From Octopus vulgaris (taxonomy: Eukaryota): DNA of 64,000 nt. Position 1 is the stretch's first letter; the number at the start of each line of letters is the position of its first letter. Location of the stretch: the NCBI GenBank assembly GCA_951406725.2, contig OX597814.1, positions 65,224,001 through 65,288,000 on the forward strand, in the 5' to 3' direction. The notes beneath the pieces were generated by a model. It was given only the letters and a program-made list of their open reading frames with translations, made no database searches and was not told the DNA's origin. Shown piece after piece: positions 25,921 through 39,290 of this stretch. The position numbers and the translations under genes were made by a program.

Positions 25921-27175
25921 CAGGGGTTGGACAAAATAATGGAAGCACCTAGCATCATAATTTTGAAATATCTATAAAACCGTCAAAAGCTTTTTTGTTT
26001 TAATATGTTTTGATTTATCATTAGTGTTACTTAATATGTTTTCCTAAAATTGCTGTTTCTTTTTAGATATGATCAGAAAAAGGTAATTAAAATTCATCAA
26101 AATCAAAGACCTATTGGACTTGCAAAGAGATCAAATTGATGGTGCTCGTATGGCAGGTGCTAGTGTAACGAAAATAGCCGAAATGTTTGGTGTATCAAGA
26201 AGTAGTCTCGAAAGTAATGACAGCCTTTCAGAAAGAGGGAAAAACCTCCTCGTCAAAACAAAACTCCGGAAGAAAACCAAAATTTTCAGATAAGGACCGT
26301 CGGACTCTTACGCGAAGTATTAAAAAGAATCACAAAAGTACAGCTCCCGGAATTTCTGCTGAGCTTAATGATCACCTCAAGAACCCAGTTTCCACAAAAA
26401 CTGTTCGCCAGGAGCTGCAAAAAGTCGGATTTCACGGGAGGGATGCAATCAGAAAACCCCTACTTTCAAAAACAAACGTTGCAAAGCATTTAGAGAGGAA
26501 TAAAAACCTGCAGAACTGATCGTTAGAGCAGTGGAAGAATGTTATTTTTCCGGACGAGTAATCCTTTACCTTATTTCCGACCATCGGGCGCGTATACGTA
26601 TGGAGACAACCAAAAGAAGTATTTGACCCAGACTGCCTTCTTTCTACTGTTAAACGTGGAGGAGGATCTGTGATGATCTGGGGGGGCTATATCTTTGACA
26701 TCCGAGGGTCCAATGGTTTCCGTTTATGGTAGAATTTCTGGTCAAGTCTATTTAAGCATTTTACCTGATTAAATTTATCTTATGTTTGCAGAACTGCCTC
26801 CAGAGAGAAATGCAATCTTTCAGGATGATAATGCACCAATTCACACAGCTAAAGTTGTTACTGAATAGCCCGAAGAACATTGTAGTGAAGTTGAACATCT
26901 TATCTGGTCATCACAATCCTCAGATCTCAATATTATTGAACATTTACGGTGCATTTTAGAAAACAAGTACTGAGTCGATATCTTCCACCATCATCACTAC
27001 AGGTACTGTAGAAAGGGCAAAATTCCTTTGGAAATAATTCAAAGTGTGTACGAGTCCAAACTTCGTAGAATTGAAGCCATACCTCGTAGAATTACTGCCA
27101 AGGGTGGTCCTATTCCATATTAAAATTATTTTGTTTGAAATTTTAAAGTGTTTCCATTATTTTGTCCAACCCCTG
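25921..27175 (+). mobile_element. full-length Tc1-family DNA transposon
   Basis: TIRs caggggttggacaaaataatggaa.cac and gtgtttccattattttgtccaacccctg; TA on both flanks; internal transposase. Confidence 0.96.
26102..27123 (+). pseudogene. Tc1-like transposase pseudogene (DD36E spacing)
   Basis: SGRKPK, VSTKTVRQEL..GFHGR.AIRKPLL, WKNVIFPDE, VKRGGGSVMIWG, FQDDNAPIHTA, WSSQSSDLNIIEHL; stops and frameshifts. Confidence 0.92.
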
Positions 27176-27799
27176 TATATATATAATCGAAAATTATAAC
27201 ATGAGTAAAAACAAAACCGCAAAAGTACACAGTGAATGTATTAGGTTAATGCACAGTTTAAGATGGAAATCTTAGGGCGTGTTAAATTTAAAGCATGACT
27301 CTTCATCAAAAAGATGAAAGAGTAGAAGTCTGGAAAGAATAAAAAGAATAGTCCGACAATAGTCTGGAGAGATAGAAAGCAATAGCCCGAGAAATGCATG
27401 TGTTTCGTTACGCGACAAGTTAACACGTTACGTCCACCAAAATCTACAGGTTATTCCGCGGCCCCGGCAAATAGTAGGTGATAGTAGTGATTGGTGTTGC
27501 AACTGAACCAGAAACCATGTGGTTTCCGACCGGTTTTTATTGCCACATTGGCGTCTCTATATAGTAAAATTATTTCAGATAAAATATAGATAATGTTCGG
27601 CTCCTCCCTTATATATTATATTTCATTGCACAATAAACATGTAAAATGTTTATGTATAAAATGTTTTGTTAAATTTTTGTATGGTGGGCGTCTGTAACGA
27701 ATAATGGAGCCATTTTTTCTTGTTGTAATTCTGTTAATCAGCGCGTAACGTTAAAACAAATTTGCAAAAAGAAATACTGTAAGCCTATCAATTAGTCTT

Positions 27800-27834
<35 letters not shown>

Positions 27835-27837
27835 TAT

Positions 27838-28000
27838 AAGGCGACGAGCGGCGTTTCGTCCCTGAGATCAAAGTCGGCTGCGGTGAATTTTACTTTTCAT
27901 TCTTTTGGGTTCGATAAAATAAGTAGAAGCTGAACACTGGGGTCCATATAATCAACTTCTCCCTCCTCCGAAATTACTGGACTTCTGCCAAAATTTGAAA
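27838..28000 (+). mobile_element. SINE family A, degenerate, flanked by (CAT)n
   Basis: aaggcgacgagc..cttttcattcttttgggttcgataaaataagta..cactggggtc. Confidence 0.7.
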
Positions 28001-28083
28001 TCATCATCATCATCACAATTATCATAGCGAAATCTAACTGGCCCACAGAATTTTAATCACTAATGTGTAATGTTTATAATGTA

Positions 28084-28575
28084 CTAGCAGTGCAGCCCGG
28101 CTTTGCTCGGGATTAAGTTAGGGTTATTACGCTAATCATGCTCTTTATTTCAAAACAAACTAAGTAACGTCGACGTCAAATTTGAGTGAAATCCGTTGAA
28201 ATTGGTAAACTTTTGGCTGAAAATTTGCAGAAAATTTGATTGGGAAATCCCATAAGGAATCGGTTTATCGATTTTTTCCACACGTCGATTGTTTTTCTTT
28301 TATTTGGTTTTTGGAGAACTTAAAGCATTCAAAGATCCCATGGGTCCTAAGTAATGCTGGCATCAAGTTTGAACAAAATACATCAAAATTGGTAGACGTT
28401 ATTGTTGAAAATGGGGTGTAGCCAATTTTAGTGGGAAGTCCTATAAGGAATCGGTTTATCGATTTTTTTAATTTTGATTAAATGGAAAACCCCACAAGGA
28501 ATCAGTTTATTGATTTTTCAGCCCAAATAGGACTTAACCAAACATTGCTGATTCAGAAACATCTATATTTATACT
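28084..28575 (-). mobile_element. non-autonomous Helitron-like element (3' end at 28084)
   Basis: Minus strand ends with hairpin cccg-agcaaagc-cggg, 8 nt, then CTAG|T; three internal repeats (ccNtaaggaatcggtttatcgattttt); 5' end unclear. Confidence 0.6.
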
Positions 28576-28585
28576 TTAAAGTTGG

Positions 28586-28815
28586 TTTTTATACCCGACC
28601 CAGTTCTGCAGAATCAGTGTCGCGACGGGAGCGCATGGGTTGGGCGTTTGATCGGCAGAGGTGATCAGGTTGCATATGCCAACCCTTTTGAAAACACCAC
28701 CCCTATCATGTAACCCCACTTCGCTCATGGGTTGGGAACCCTTCCAGCAAGGAAAATAGAACGCCCAAAAGGGTCCCCGATCCTCTGTGCGAGAAGCGGT
28801 TATGTTGTGATCACA
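28586..28815 (+). mobile_element. possible Helentron/DINE-like fragment
   Basis: Begins tttttatacccg.. and ends gagaagcggttatgttgtgatcac, resembling DINE-1/HINE termini. Confidence 0.35.
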
Positions 28816-29279
28816 ACTAAGTACATATATATATATATATATATGGGCAACACACACACACACATACACACACAAACATATACATACATACACGTATTGC
28901 ATACATGTTTTTTGCACGCCTTTGCCCCTGCCCTTGTTCCACCACTACCTCCTACCCGAGTAATACCATCAATTGAAGCAAATTTGGCACCCGGACGTAA
29001 GTTTTGTAACAGGAATAGAGAAACCGACCTTCTCCCACAGCGATGTGAGTCAGATCTCTCCATTCGAAAACATGAACAGCTTCGAAACATTGTTTACAAA
29101 ATAATAGCTGATCGTTTGCGAAGGAGCGTGTCTACAGTCAACATGTAGGTCTTTTGCTCTGTTAACCTCTGCTATCCTTCATGTTCACGCACGTCCAGCT
29201 ATATATCGCTATGAGTAGAGCAACGGATTCAGCTAATTTGGAAATTAGTTGTGGAGAAAAGGAGAATATCGTTTAAATA

Positions 29280-29325
<46 letters not shown>

Positions 29326-29778
29326 GGTCAACACACGCATTGCATGCATGTGTTTTGTACGCATACATGCTCGTGTGTGTGTGTGAATGAAGCCATTCAC
29401 ACATACATACATAACAACACCTGTCTGTCTGTCAATCACTCACTAAAAAGAAATTTTTTAAATCTGTTATCTCTCTCTCCCTCCCTCCCTCTCTTTACAC
29501 CGTCGCTAGAAGGGGACTTAACTCATGCTTTGTAAACAATAATGGCGTCACTACAGTGGATTTCTCCGCCGCGAAAATTGAAGTTATGGCTCCAAATTTA
29601 TCTACCGCTATTTGCGAGTGCCTCGGGGGAAAATAATTTGACGAGAATACAGGTAGGATCGTGACGAATGTCCTCCTAAAATTTGAGCGCCCTGCGTGCT
29701 AATTTGTGGATGTGAATAAACTACGATCACGTACACACACATACAAAAACTGCCTTATATATACACAGATACCAACGT

Positions 29779-29866
<88 letters not shown>

Positions 29867-31228
29867 TACAGACAGAAAGACAGACAGAGAGACAGAAACA
29901 GACAGAGAGAAGAGAAAATGCACCAAAGTGGCAAAATGCAACCAAAGAAATAAAAATGAACACGATATGACACAAAGTATTGGGAAATTAAAGTGCAATA
30001 CAATATGAGGAACAAAAAATAATAAAACGGAACAGTAAGTTGAATTGCAAAGACGATTGGAAGAGATGAATATAAGAGAGAATTAGACGTTGGATGTTGG
30101 GTGAAAAGATACAGTCAATGTCTACCTTTACAATAATTGTTATTATTCATCAAGTTTTCATTTAGATGGTGGTTTCACATCCATCTTCTCTTATGCCAAA
30201 ATACAACCAGTTATGTTGTTGAGCCCTTTGTTAAATTTTTGGTAGATTAAATGTACAAATATATGGTATGTAGTAAGATATTTAAAGAAATACAATAAGT
30301 GAAGAAAAGTGAAAATGCAAGTAGTATGAAAAAGATCTTCAAAAGTAATATATACATTATATAAGGTTGGAAGACATTACACATGAATATATGAGTGTAA
30401 AAATATGATCTAGCTAAAACAACGTAAACATATTTGGCGGGTTACTCAACACAGTTGACGTCTTAATTGTATAATATCTGTCTTAATTTCAATAAGTCTG
30501 CTTAGAGACGCCTTCATACCAATCCTAGAGTGAATCCGCAATTATCACACGCAAACCCAGCTAAACAGCGTTCAGTAAAACTGTCAACACAGCTGCTGTC
30601 CCAGATTCTACATCATTTCATTTCTCTAGATACATTTTTACTTTTTAACCATTAATATAGGTATTGGGCAAGTAATCTTCAAATTATTTAAGGAAAACAA
30701 TATCGACTATCATAGACTCTACTCTATGTAATGTCTTAGAGTTATTCTTCGTCTTTATTTTATCTTTAATTTAAATGGGTAAGTGTATTAACATAATACT
30801 GCCTCTATCAATATTTTAACTCAATGCTCATTAGTTACGAATCTGGATAATGATAAACTTGTAATGATGCTCGGAATAATAAAGATCATTTTGGCTACGT
30901 TTCAAGATTCTGTTAAGAGGATAAATGAAACTGACGAGAAGCAGAACTTGCTCTTTCAAGATCCATTGCAGCGGCGATCCTTTCAGTAAATATCAGTTCA
31001 AGTCTTCTATAGTGAAATAATCAAGTTGATATTTTTGTTGCTTAGCTATAGTTTGGTTCTGATTAAGGAGACATATGCAAAAAGTATTGTAGCCAGAAAA
31101 ATCTTATTCCATTTTTTGTTGTTTTTGTTTTTCATTCCAGACATAATTTATGTGAGCAATAATAAATCTCTGAACGAGATGTAAACAGTAACCGCTCGAC
31201 AACGTAAAGTATACTAGCCATCTCAATC

Positions 31229-31797
31229 TGGCTAACCACTAAGGGTGGGTGTTATTGTAGCTTTTAGCCCCAGGAGATCATCGTCTCCAGCTGGCTTTAG
31301 GCACACTTTCTGTGCCCTTATGGTATTTGCAAAGGGAGGTCATCCCTCTCTCGTAAACCTAAGTGATACGCACGGACTTTGCCTTTTGTCAACGTACGGT
31401 AATCACCAGTTTTCGATGAAGAGAGACCTGTTTGCAAATATATATTTAATGTTTTTCCCAGTAACTACTGTCACTGATTTCGAAAAACTGTCTGCAAGCA
31501 ATAATAAATCTCTGAACGAGATGTAAACAGTAACTGCTCGACAACGTAAAGTACACTTTTGATGAAGAGATATTTGCAAACAGGTCTCTCTTCATCGAAA
31601 ACCGGTGATTACCGTACGTTGACAAGAGACAAATACCTTGAAACTGCAGTCCGTGCGTATCACTAAGGTTTACGAGAGAGGGATGACCTCCCTTTGCAAA
31701 TACCATAAGTGCACAGAAAGTGTGCCTAAAGCCAGCTGGAGACGATGATCTCCTGGGGCTAAAAGCTACAGTAACACCCACCCTTAGTGGTTAGCCA
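31229..31797. repeat. large fold-back (about 213 and 228 bp inverted arms)
   Basis: 31229-31441 is near-identical in reverse complement to 31570-31797; both arms give almost the same pseudo-ORF (31245+ and 31781-). Confidence 0.92.
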
Positions 31798-32714
31798 TAT
31801 TTATTTCCATTGACGACTGTTAAAACACCCTGATTAATAAGATATTTGTTGACATTTCATTCAAAATATACTGACCGAAAAAAATTTCCGATCGCATGAC
31901 GAAATGCAAACACTTGACGTATGGGTTTAGAACTTTGGTGAAAGAAATTGCTACAGTTAGAGCACTTGCTTCCCTACATATGCCTGTTGTGTGCAGCACA
32001 GGTGTGACATTGCTCATCTTCCTGCGGTGGAGAGCTGGAGAGAAAGATATTCAAGGAGGATATGTGGGCATAACAAGAGCCGTGTCATACATATGTATAT
32101 ACATATGTATATATATATGTATATATACATATATATATATATGGGGGGGGGGTGCCAGGCTTCTGGTAACTCTCAGCTATTCATCAACAAACATTTACCG
32201 TACATCATTATATGACTCTTTCTTTTGTGTTTATACTTTGCTATCTTTGATCACTCACTACTATTCAATGCTTTACTTTCTTAAATAAATTCTGATTCGG
32301 AAACTTATCCCCCTCCACCACTAATTTTCTTCTTCTTAATTGTGTTATATCACTCTGTTTCAAATTTTATCTTCAAACAAGATTCAACGACATGGCTATT
32401 TATTTCATATTTCTTTTAAACATTTAAGATTTCATATAATTCTCAAAAATATTATTAAAGTCTAAAATGTTTGATTGCTTCATGTAAACCTAGCCTCATC
32501 ACAGATATTGCTTCTAGGTTCCGATTATTTCCGGCCAGTCTCATTAACGGCAGAAAAAGAAACGAAAGGAAAGGAAACGTCATGCCATAAAGGCTATTTG
32601 AACAAAGAAATGAACCTTCCTGCCAACTGCAAAATAACTTTCAACGCCAAGTGCTTTTAAAGTAAAGTTATTAACATAACATATATATTCTTACACAAAA
32701 CACATTCTATACAA

Positions 32715-32752
<38 letters not shown>

Positions 32753-32930
32753 GTATATATACATATATATACACATACACACACATATATATATATATAT
32801 ACATACATACATACACCCACATGTATATACATTTCTGTATACACTATACACATATGTGTGTGGGTGTGGGTGGGTGTTTGTGATAGTAGCAGAAACAGAG
32901 TGGCTTCCTTGCCAGCATGGGAGTGTATAG

Positions 32931-32977
<47 letters not shown>

Positions 32978-33112
32978 TCACACATACGAGCAGGTAGATA
33001 GATAGATAGATAGTTACGTTTAAGCGTGTTGATTTAATAAATGTGAATGGAAATTCGGTGTGTAAATACAGACAGTCAGAACGGATTTTATATAATAGAT
33101 ATATTATTTTGT

Positions 33113-33165
<53 letters not shown>

Positions 33166-33174
33166 TGTACGTGT

Positions 33175-33219
<45 letters not shown>

Positions 33220-35384
33220 GCAAAATAAGTGTAAAAGCGTGATTCGAATGTTGTTGATTAGTACCATTAAAGGAATTTGCAATTTACATTTTGTTATCAG
33301 CATGCATCGTATCTATAGCAACCACTGCTTTAACTTTAGGCAAAAGGCTACTTCAGGATTGTATAATTCACCGAAATAACCGGTTTATGAGTAATATTGA
33401 ATAAAATTAATTCCTCGGGTAAAATTATCCACCATATAGTATATGGATGATTGTTTCAAATAGGAGGAAGGTTTGTCATTTACCACGCATTAGACACGAG
33501 AAGTGAACGCTTATCATATAAAACCAGAATTGAATAATGCTTCTTTGAGTCATTTTTATTCTGAAGCACTTCTGTGATTTTATCTTTTCAAAGATAACAT
33601 TTCATTTCCCAAAATCTGTAACGTCGAACTGATGAATTTTGAATTTACTGTAACGAATCACTTGAAAAATTAAACACTTATGTACACGCACACATACACA
33701 CAGGAGCACGCGATGTATGTGTAAAGGACAACAAAAGAAGTTACTCTATTTTCTGTCATACACCTCTTGCACTGTAAGTTTCCGTTGCTTCATTGACCTG
33801 AGCCGCATACGGACGCCGATTCCCGGTCAAGTTTAATAATCTAGACCTTTTTATTGGCATATGTCCTTTTGCTGTAGACCAATTTGAGTTCCTCGAGCTT
33901 TCACAATGCACAACTATTTCCAAGGTTGTACTTTATCATCACCTTTCCTTTAAATTTTATACCTATCCTGTATACTATTTCTTCTGACAAAACATCTATT
34001 TATGATTCTACAACTACATTCAATTTCAATTGGGTGTACGGCGTTCAGGGATTCTAATTGTGACAAGGGATTTCTTATTCTGTATAACTACAGCAGACTT
34101 TAACATACATTTTATTGAAAATGCTTGATTAAGATATAATTTGCTCAATAAGGTGAAAAGATGCCTATTATTTTCAGTGAGACTTACGTTTCTATATTGT
34201 CTAGAATTTTCGATTCACTGTACGTATTAGAGTTATCGTCTTCGTTTGCATTTCTAGATACAAAACACCTATTGGTAGAGTCTGCCCACTAATTGTTTGG
34301 GTAATCGTGGGTAATGGAAATATGTGTACTTACTGCAGTTTACGATGTGAGATGCCAACCTATTCGTATTTCATATGCATAACTTAACTGAAGTAGTTTC
34401 CTTTATCAATATTCGGATACTCACTACATTCCATCTCTTTCTTTGTCTCAATTTATTTTGCAGTCAAATACATTAAAATATGTTGCTCTTGGTTTTGCTT
34501 CGTCCCTTATTACATTGTATGTTCTTTGACTAATATATTTCGTAAAAATGAAATAAAAATATCAAATGCAACGATTTTTCTTGTTCTTTTTCCACCACCT
34601 GAGTTACTTTGAAAGAAATTTCTCACATACACTTGCTTAAAAAACAATTAAGCTCTATCAGTAGTTCGACATGTTTAAACAATGAAATATCTGAGAATGT
34701 AATCAGTGAAACTGTTGAATACTTGAAGGAAGCTTGGAGCGGATATCTAGTCATCAATATAGTGGTGTTCTTATCTTAATTGGTGTACACATACAGAGTT
34801 AAGTAAAATCACATGAACTCAACAGCACAAAAATAAAACCTATGTATGGGGAATGTATAATAAAGATGTTCTCTTAGTCTTGTTAGTATAGACAATGGAG
34901 ATGTTCATAATGCTCTTTGTCATGTTTAATGCTTCCGAAAAGAAATATCTTTTGGAGAAAAGAAAGTTACCCAGGAATGTAGATTGCTGGATGTTGTATT
35001 GGAATATTCTTATTTGAAGTTATTGGGTATAAAATTTTGAAATGTGATCCTAGTATTTGGTTATTCACTGGATTCATGTAATTCGTTCATTTGCTCAGAC
35101 TAGTTAAACACCAAGTAGATTTCGAGCCTTTCAGAATTATTTCTATCGGTAGTTTTTGTCTGCAATTTATCAATTTGTCCCAATTTATTAATTTGTCCCA
35201 AACCGATGTCTGTTCGATGATTCTGACTTAATGTCACAGATTTCATGATTTGTTTTGTTTTGTTTTGTTTTTTTGCGTCGATATTTTTCTCACTTTACAA
35301 CTTTTGAATGAGTGGAAATTCATGGCTTTCGATAAAGATTCTATTAAATATTAGAGTACATGATGTATATAGCTATTCTTTTAT

Positions 35385-35563
35385 TCTTTTATTTGTTTCA
35401 GTCATCTGACTGCTGCCATGATAGATTACAGCATTTAGTTCAACAAAACGAACCGCTAAGTTATGGGGGCGTAAACAAACCAACAACGGTTGTCAAGGAT
35501 GGTAGTGAAGAACAAACTTAAACACACACGCATACACATATGTATACACACACACACTCACAC

Positions 35564-35601
<38 letters not shown>

Positions 35602-35735
35602 ATGCGACGGATTTCTTTCGGGGCTTTGGTCGGCCCGAGGCTATAATAGAAGACAATAGCCCAAGTGCCACGCAGTGGGGCTGAATCCGGAACCATGTGG
35701 TTGGGAAGAAAGCTGTTTACCATACAGCCACGCAT
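35385..35735 (-). mobile_element. SINE family B with internal (TA)/(TG) tract
   Basis: Head at 35735-35605 and tail at 35520-35385 on the minus strand. Confidence 0.8.
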
Positions 35736-36511
35736 GTACCTACATGGGAATAATCTTTCCATACTTTCATTTTGACGTCAGTAACTGTACGTATGAAATT
35801 TCTGTTTTTCTTCTGCAAAGTAAACATAATTTAAAGACTACTAGGTAGCACATCTTTTACATCGCCTATCGTTTATTGATGACTTCATCCAAGTTTGTTA
35901 CCAGAAAGGTCTCTGTTTCCCTCTTCAAACGTCTAGGATCTTCTTAACTCCTTTGTGCCTCTTTTAAACTGTCCATATTTTGATATTCTCTATTCTCCCA
36001 AATACCTTCTTTCTAATTAACATCTATATTCTACCTTATTTTTAGTGCAATTCATATTTTGATTAGATACAGATGTTACATGCCGAAGTAATGATTCATC
36101 ATTATTTATAGGATATGAAACTAGGTTTCGTCTTTCATTCGTGACATATTGCACAACATATTAAACCACTGCCTCCAGAATTTTAAGTTACATAAATATG
36201 TATTACATACAATCGCGTATGAAATTTAAGAAACTTTATAATACTCGTAAATATTCGGATACAGTAATATATCTGAATCTGCCTTTCGTTAAATGTTTAG
36301 AAACATGTACTGTATGACAAAACAAAACTGGCCTTTCAATAATTGAATGAATAAATATATGTAACGTAAGGCTTGATTTTAACAATAGATTTAAAGTTCA
36401 TATAACTAAAGCTAGATAAACAGTCACTACTAATATAAGCAGATTTCGGGGCTGGTCTAATGAACTTCTTAATGTACATTTCCCTTTTCTCTTCACGCAC
36501 ACACACACGCG

Positions 36512-36580
<69 letters not shown>

Positions 36581-36699
36581 ATATATATATTTCAGCCGAA
36601 AATGGCCGATGCTATTTCTATATTAATAGCACCATCAAATAATATTTGTTAAGTCATCGAGATTCGGGGTTCCATGGCCCATTCAAGCAGGAAGTTGAT

Positions 36700-37400
36700 G
36701 CTGTCTAAGACGTATCCATTTATGGGTGGTTTGTCAGATATCCCTCAAAGGAATACGTTCAGATATCATTTGAAGTTATGGGATCTATTCCTACTTTGAA
36801 TTTCTTTGGTAGGTAGCCACAACATTAAGTAGAGCAAGGTCTATGTTAAAATGTGTCTATGCGCTATGATGCTGTATTGTGTAGGCAGGGAGTCCTGACT
36901 TTGGATGAATTGTAACTTGATGTTAAATCTGAGTAATTCTAGACCGGGAAATTTTGACGATCCAAAGGCTCACAATGTAATGCACTTCGATATAATTGTT
37001 GAAGCGAACACTCCAGCTGATAATTTTGTCAACAATCACTCTTGACTCTCTGACACCAGTGGATGTCATGAATGGCTTTCCTGAAGAAGAATATATGATT
37101 TTCCCTTTTTTAGCACATTATCTTTTCCAAAGTGCATGAATATCAATTTCGTTAATGTAGCAGTATATTGCTCCTGATCATTGGTTTGATGCGATTGATG
37201 TCGTTAGTATATACTATGAAGCGAAGTTGGCTCAGGACAGTGGTTAGAGGAAGACCATCGTTTGGCTTGCTGAAATTTAGTGGATGCCAACGATCACAAT
37301 TTGTAGAGCGCTGTTTGCTAGGAAATATTGATCCAGTTAAGCAGTTTAGCACGGATTTCAATCTTAGACAAATTCAGGATTTTCATAAATGGGAAAGAAA
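36700..37400 (-). mobile_element. degraded CR1/L2-group LINE fragment
   Basis: GLPLTTVLSQLRFIVYTNDI resembles GVPQG.VLGPLLF.IYINDI; C-terminal LPKKF..P.NFK..L..FL..ISDKP. Confidence 0.55.
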
Positions 37401-37499
37401 ACACAATATCTTGTAAAGATAAAATTATTGCTGGGAGATAACAGTTTACACACACACACTCACACACTCACACACTCACACACACACATATATATGCAA

Positions 37500-37646
37500 A
37501 AGGCTTTTGTTTCCGTCTACCAAATCTATTCACAAGGCTTTGGTCGGCTCGAGGCTATGGTAGTAGACACTTACCAAAGGGGCCACGCGGTGGGACTGAA
37601 CCGGGGACCATGTGGTTAAGAACCAAGCTACTTACCACACAGCCGT
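37500..37646 (-). mobile_element. SINE family B head
   Basis: Reverse complement ggctgtgtggtaagtagcttg..cggttcagtcccaccgcgtggcc..gagccgaccaaagccttgtga. Confidence 0.85.
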
Positions 37647-37681
37647 GCATTTATTATATATATATATATATATATATATTA

Positions 37682-37949
37682 CGGAGATGTACTCGCATAG
37701 CAAGTAATTTGATCTGAGATCGTGTGCTGAAACGAAAACAATTGCAGCGTGGGAGGTGTTTATAAGCCATTTAAGAAACACACAAAAGCCGTTCGACAAA
37801 AGCATGATGCAGCACGGACTTTGTCAGTGAACAGGTCGCGGATTTTAGCGACGAAAATATTTTGACAAATTAAACTTAAATGTTGGAGTGAATCGAACGG
37901 CTTTTGTGTGTTTCTTAAATGGCTTATAAACACCTCCCACGCTGCAATT

Positions 37950-37953
<4 letters not shown>
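37682..37953 (+). mobile_element. fold-back non-autonomous element, copy 2 (Penelope-like)
   Basis: Arms 37736-37796 and 37893-37953; homologous to 4418-4695; (TA)n on both sides. Confidence 0.85.
37820..37869 (+). ncRNA. minimal hammerhead ribozyme-like fold with G3-C8 core variant
   Basis: Stem I tttgtca, core GUGAACA, extra G, stem II gtcgc/gcgac, GAAA, palindromic AUAU, UU, stem I tgacaaa. Confidence 0.6.
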
Positions 37954-37998
<45 letters not shown>

Positions 37999-38446
37999 AC
38001 GCTATTACTCCCATGCAATAAATCTGCGGAACTTCGTTTCGTTGATAATGTTTTTGGAACTCACGTGGTAATTTTGGAGGGAGATACGATTTCGCTTGTC
38101 TATATAAATGTAGTGATGCTGGCAGACCATTATATCGTTCGGTGTAGCGTGATCGAGCCGGTATAGTGGGTAAGCCTTTTTTCTCCTAGCATTTCTAGAT
38201 TTATAGGAAATATTATATTGACAAGGAAATGAACCTCTGGTTCTAATCCAGAAACGAATATTCGTCTATAATTAATCCAAATAGGCTGTGAATTCGTTAT
38301 TTTCTTTCTCTTTGCCATATACGGGTTGCAAATTCTGATTGTTTGTGGAGACTTTTTTACTAGTAGGAGAAATGGTGACCTATTTGGCTGCCATTTCTAA
38401 TATTTTCGGTATGTGGATTTGAGCAACTTTTAACCCTTTATTATAA

Positions 38447-38505
<59 letters not shown>

Positions 38506-38789
38506 CCATATATATATATATACATACATACATGTATATGTATATATACACACATATGTATGCATGTATGTATGTATGTATGTATGTATGTATGTATGTA
38601 TGTATGTATATGTACAGCCGTGAAGCCTATAAAAGTGCAGCCATCCATCCATGGGAAATATAAAAGCATAAATATCATTATAGATACATGTAAAAATGAT
38701 AGATGAGATTTAAAAAATGATAGCTGTATAGTAATATGATAATTATAGCATTTTGTGCATTCTTATTTCTATTCTCTCCAGGAAGTCTT

Positions 38790-39290
38790 CAATATGAATG
38801 TTCACGAAGGCTGCATAATCCTTAATACGGAGAGTTCTGCAGCCACCAGAACCAACTGTTGACTGCATGAAGTTACAGATTCGCTCGTATGACACGTTTT
38901 TTTTAAATTTCGCTTCAGAGAATCTTTATATCGCTTTAGTCACAGTCCAACAGAAAACTTGCAAGTTGACTATAATAGACTAGTTTGGGATGGCAATTGT
39001 TTTGCATCCGAGCGATATGACTACATGTGCAAAGAGGTCTTGTCATTAATAATGCCTGCATACCACTGATATTGCAGGTAGATAGGACTCTGTATTCGTC
39101 ATCATACCGATCCACTTGATGTCAGAAATTTGAAAGCAAAATCAATATTCATGGAAATATGCTAAATGTGGTAGAGTATTTCACATACTTGGGTATCTCC
39201 TGTCCAGTAAAAATATTATAGCTTGTGAAGCCTCCTTAAGAAATGACAAAGCAGTTACTGCTTGTAACAGGATGATAAATTGGCATTAGA
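38790..39290 (+). mobile_element. highly degraded RTE-like RT fragment
   Basis: LNVVEYFTYLG near 39162-39195; the rest is decayed. Confidence 0.35.

Noticed and set aside
28920-29200. Possible host exon
   Set aside because: No recognisable protein motif and no convincing splice-site pair.
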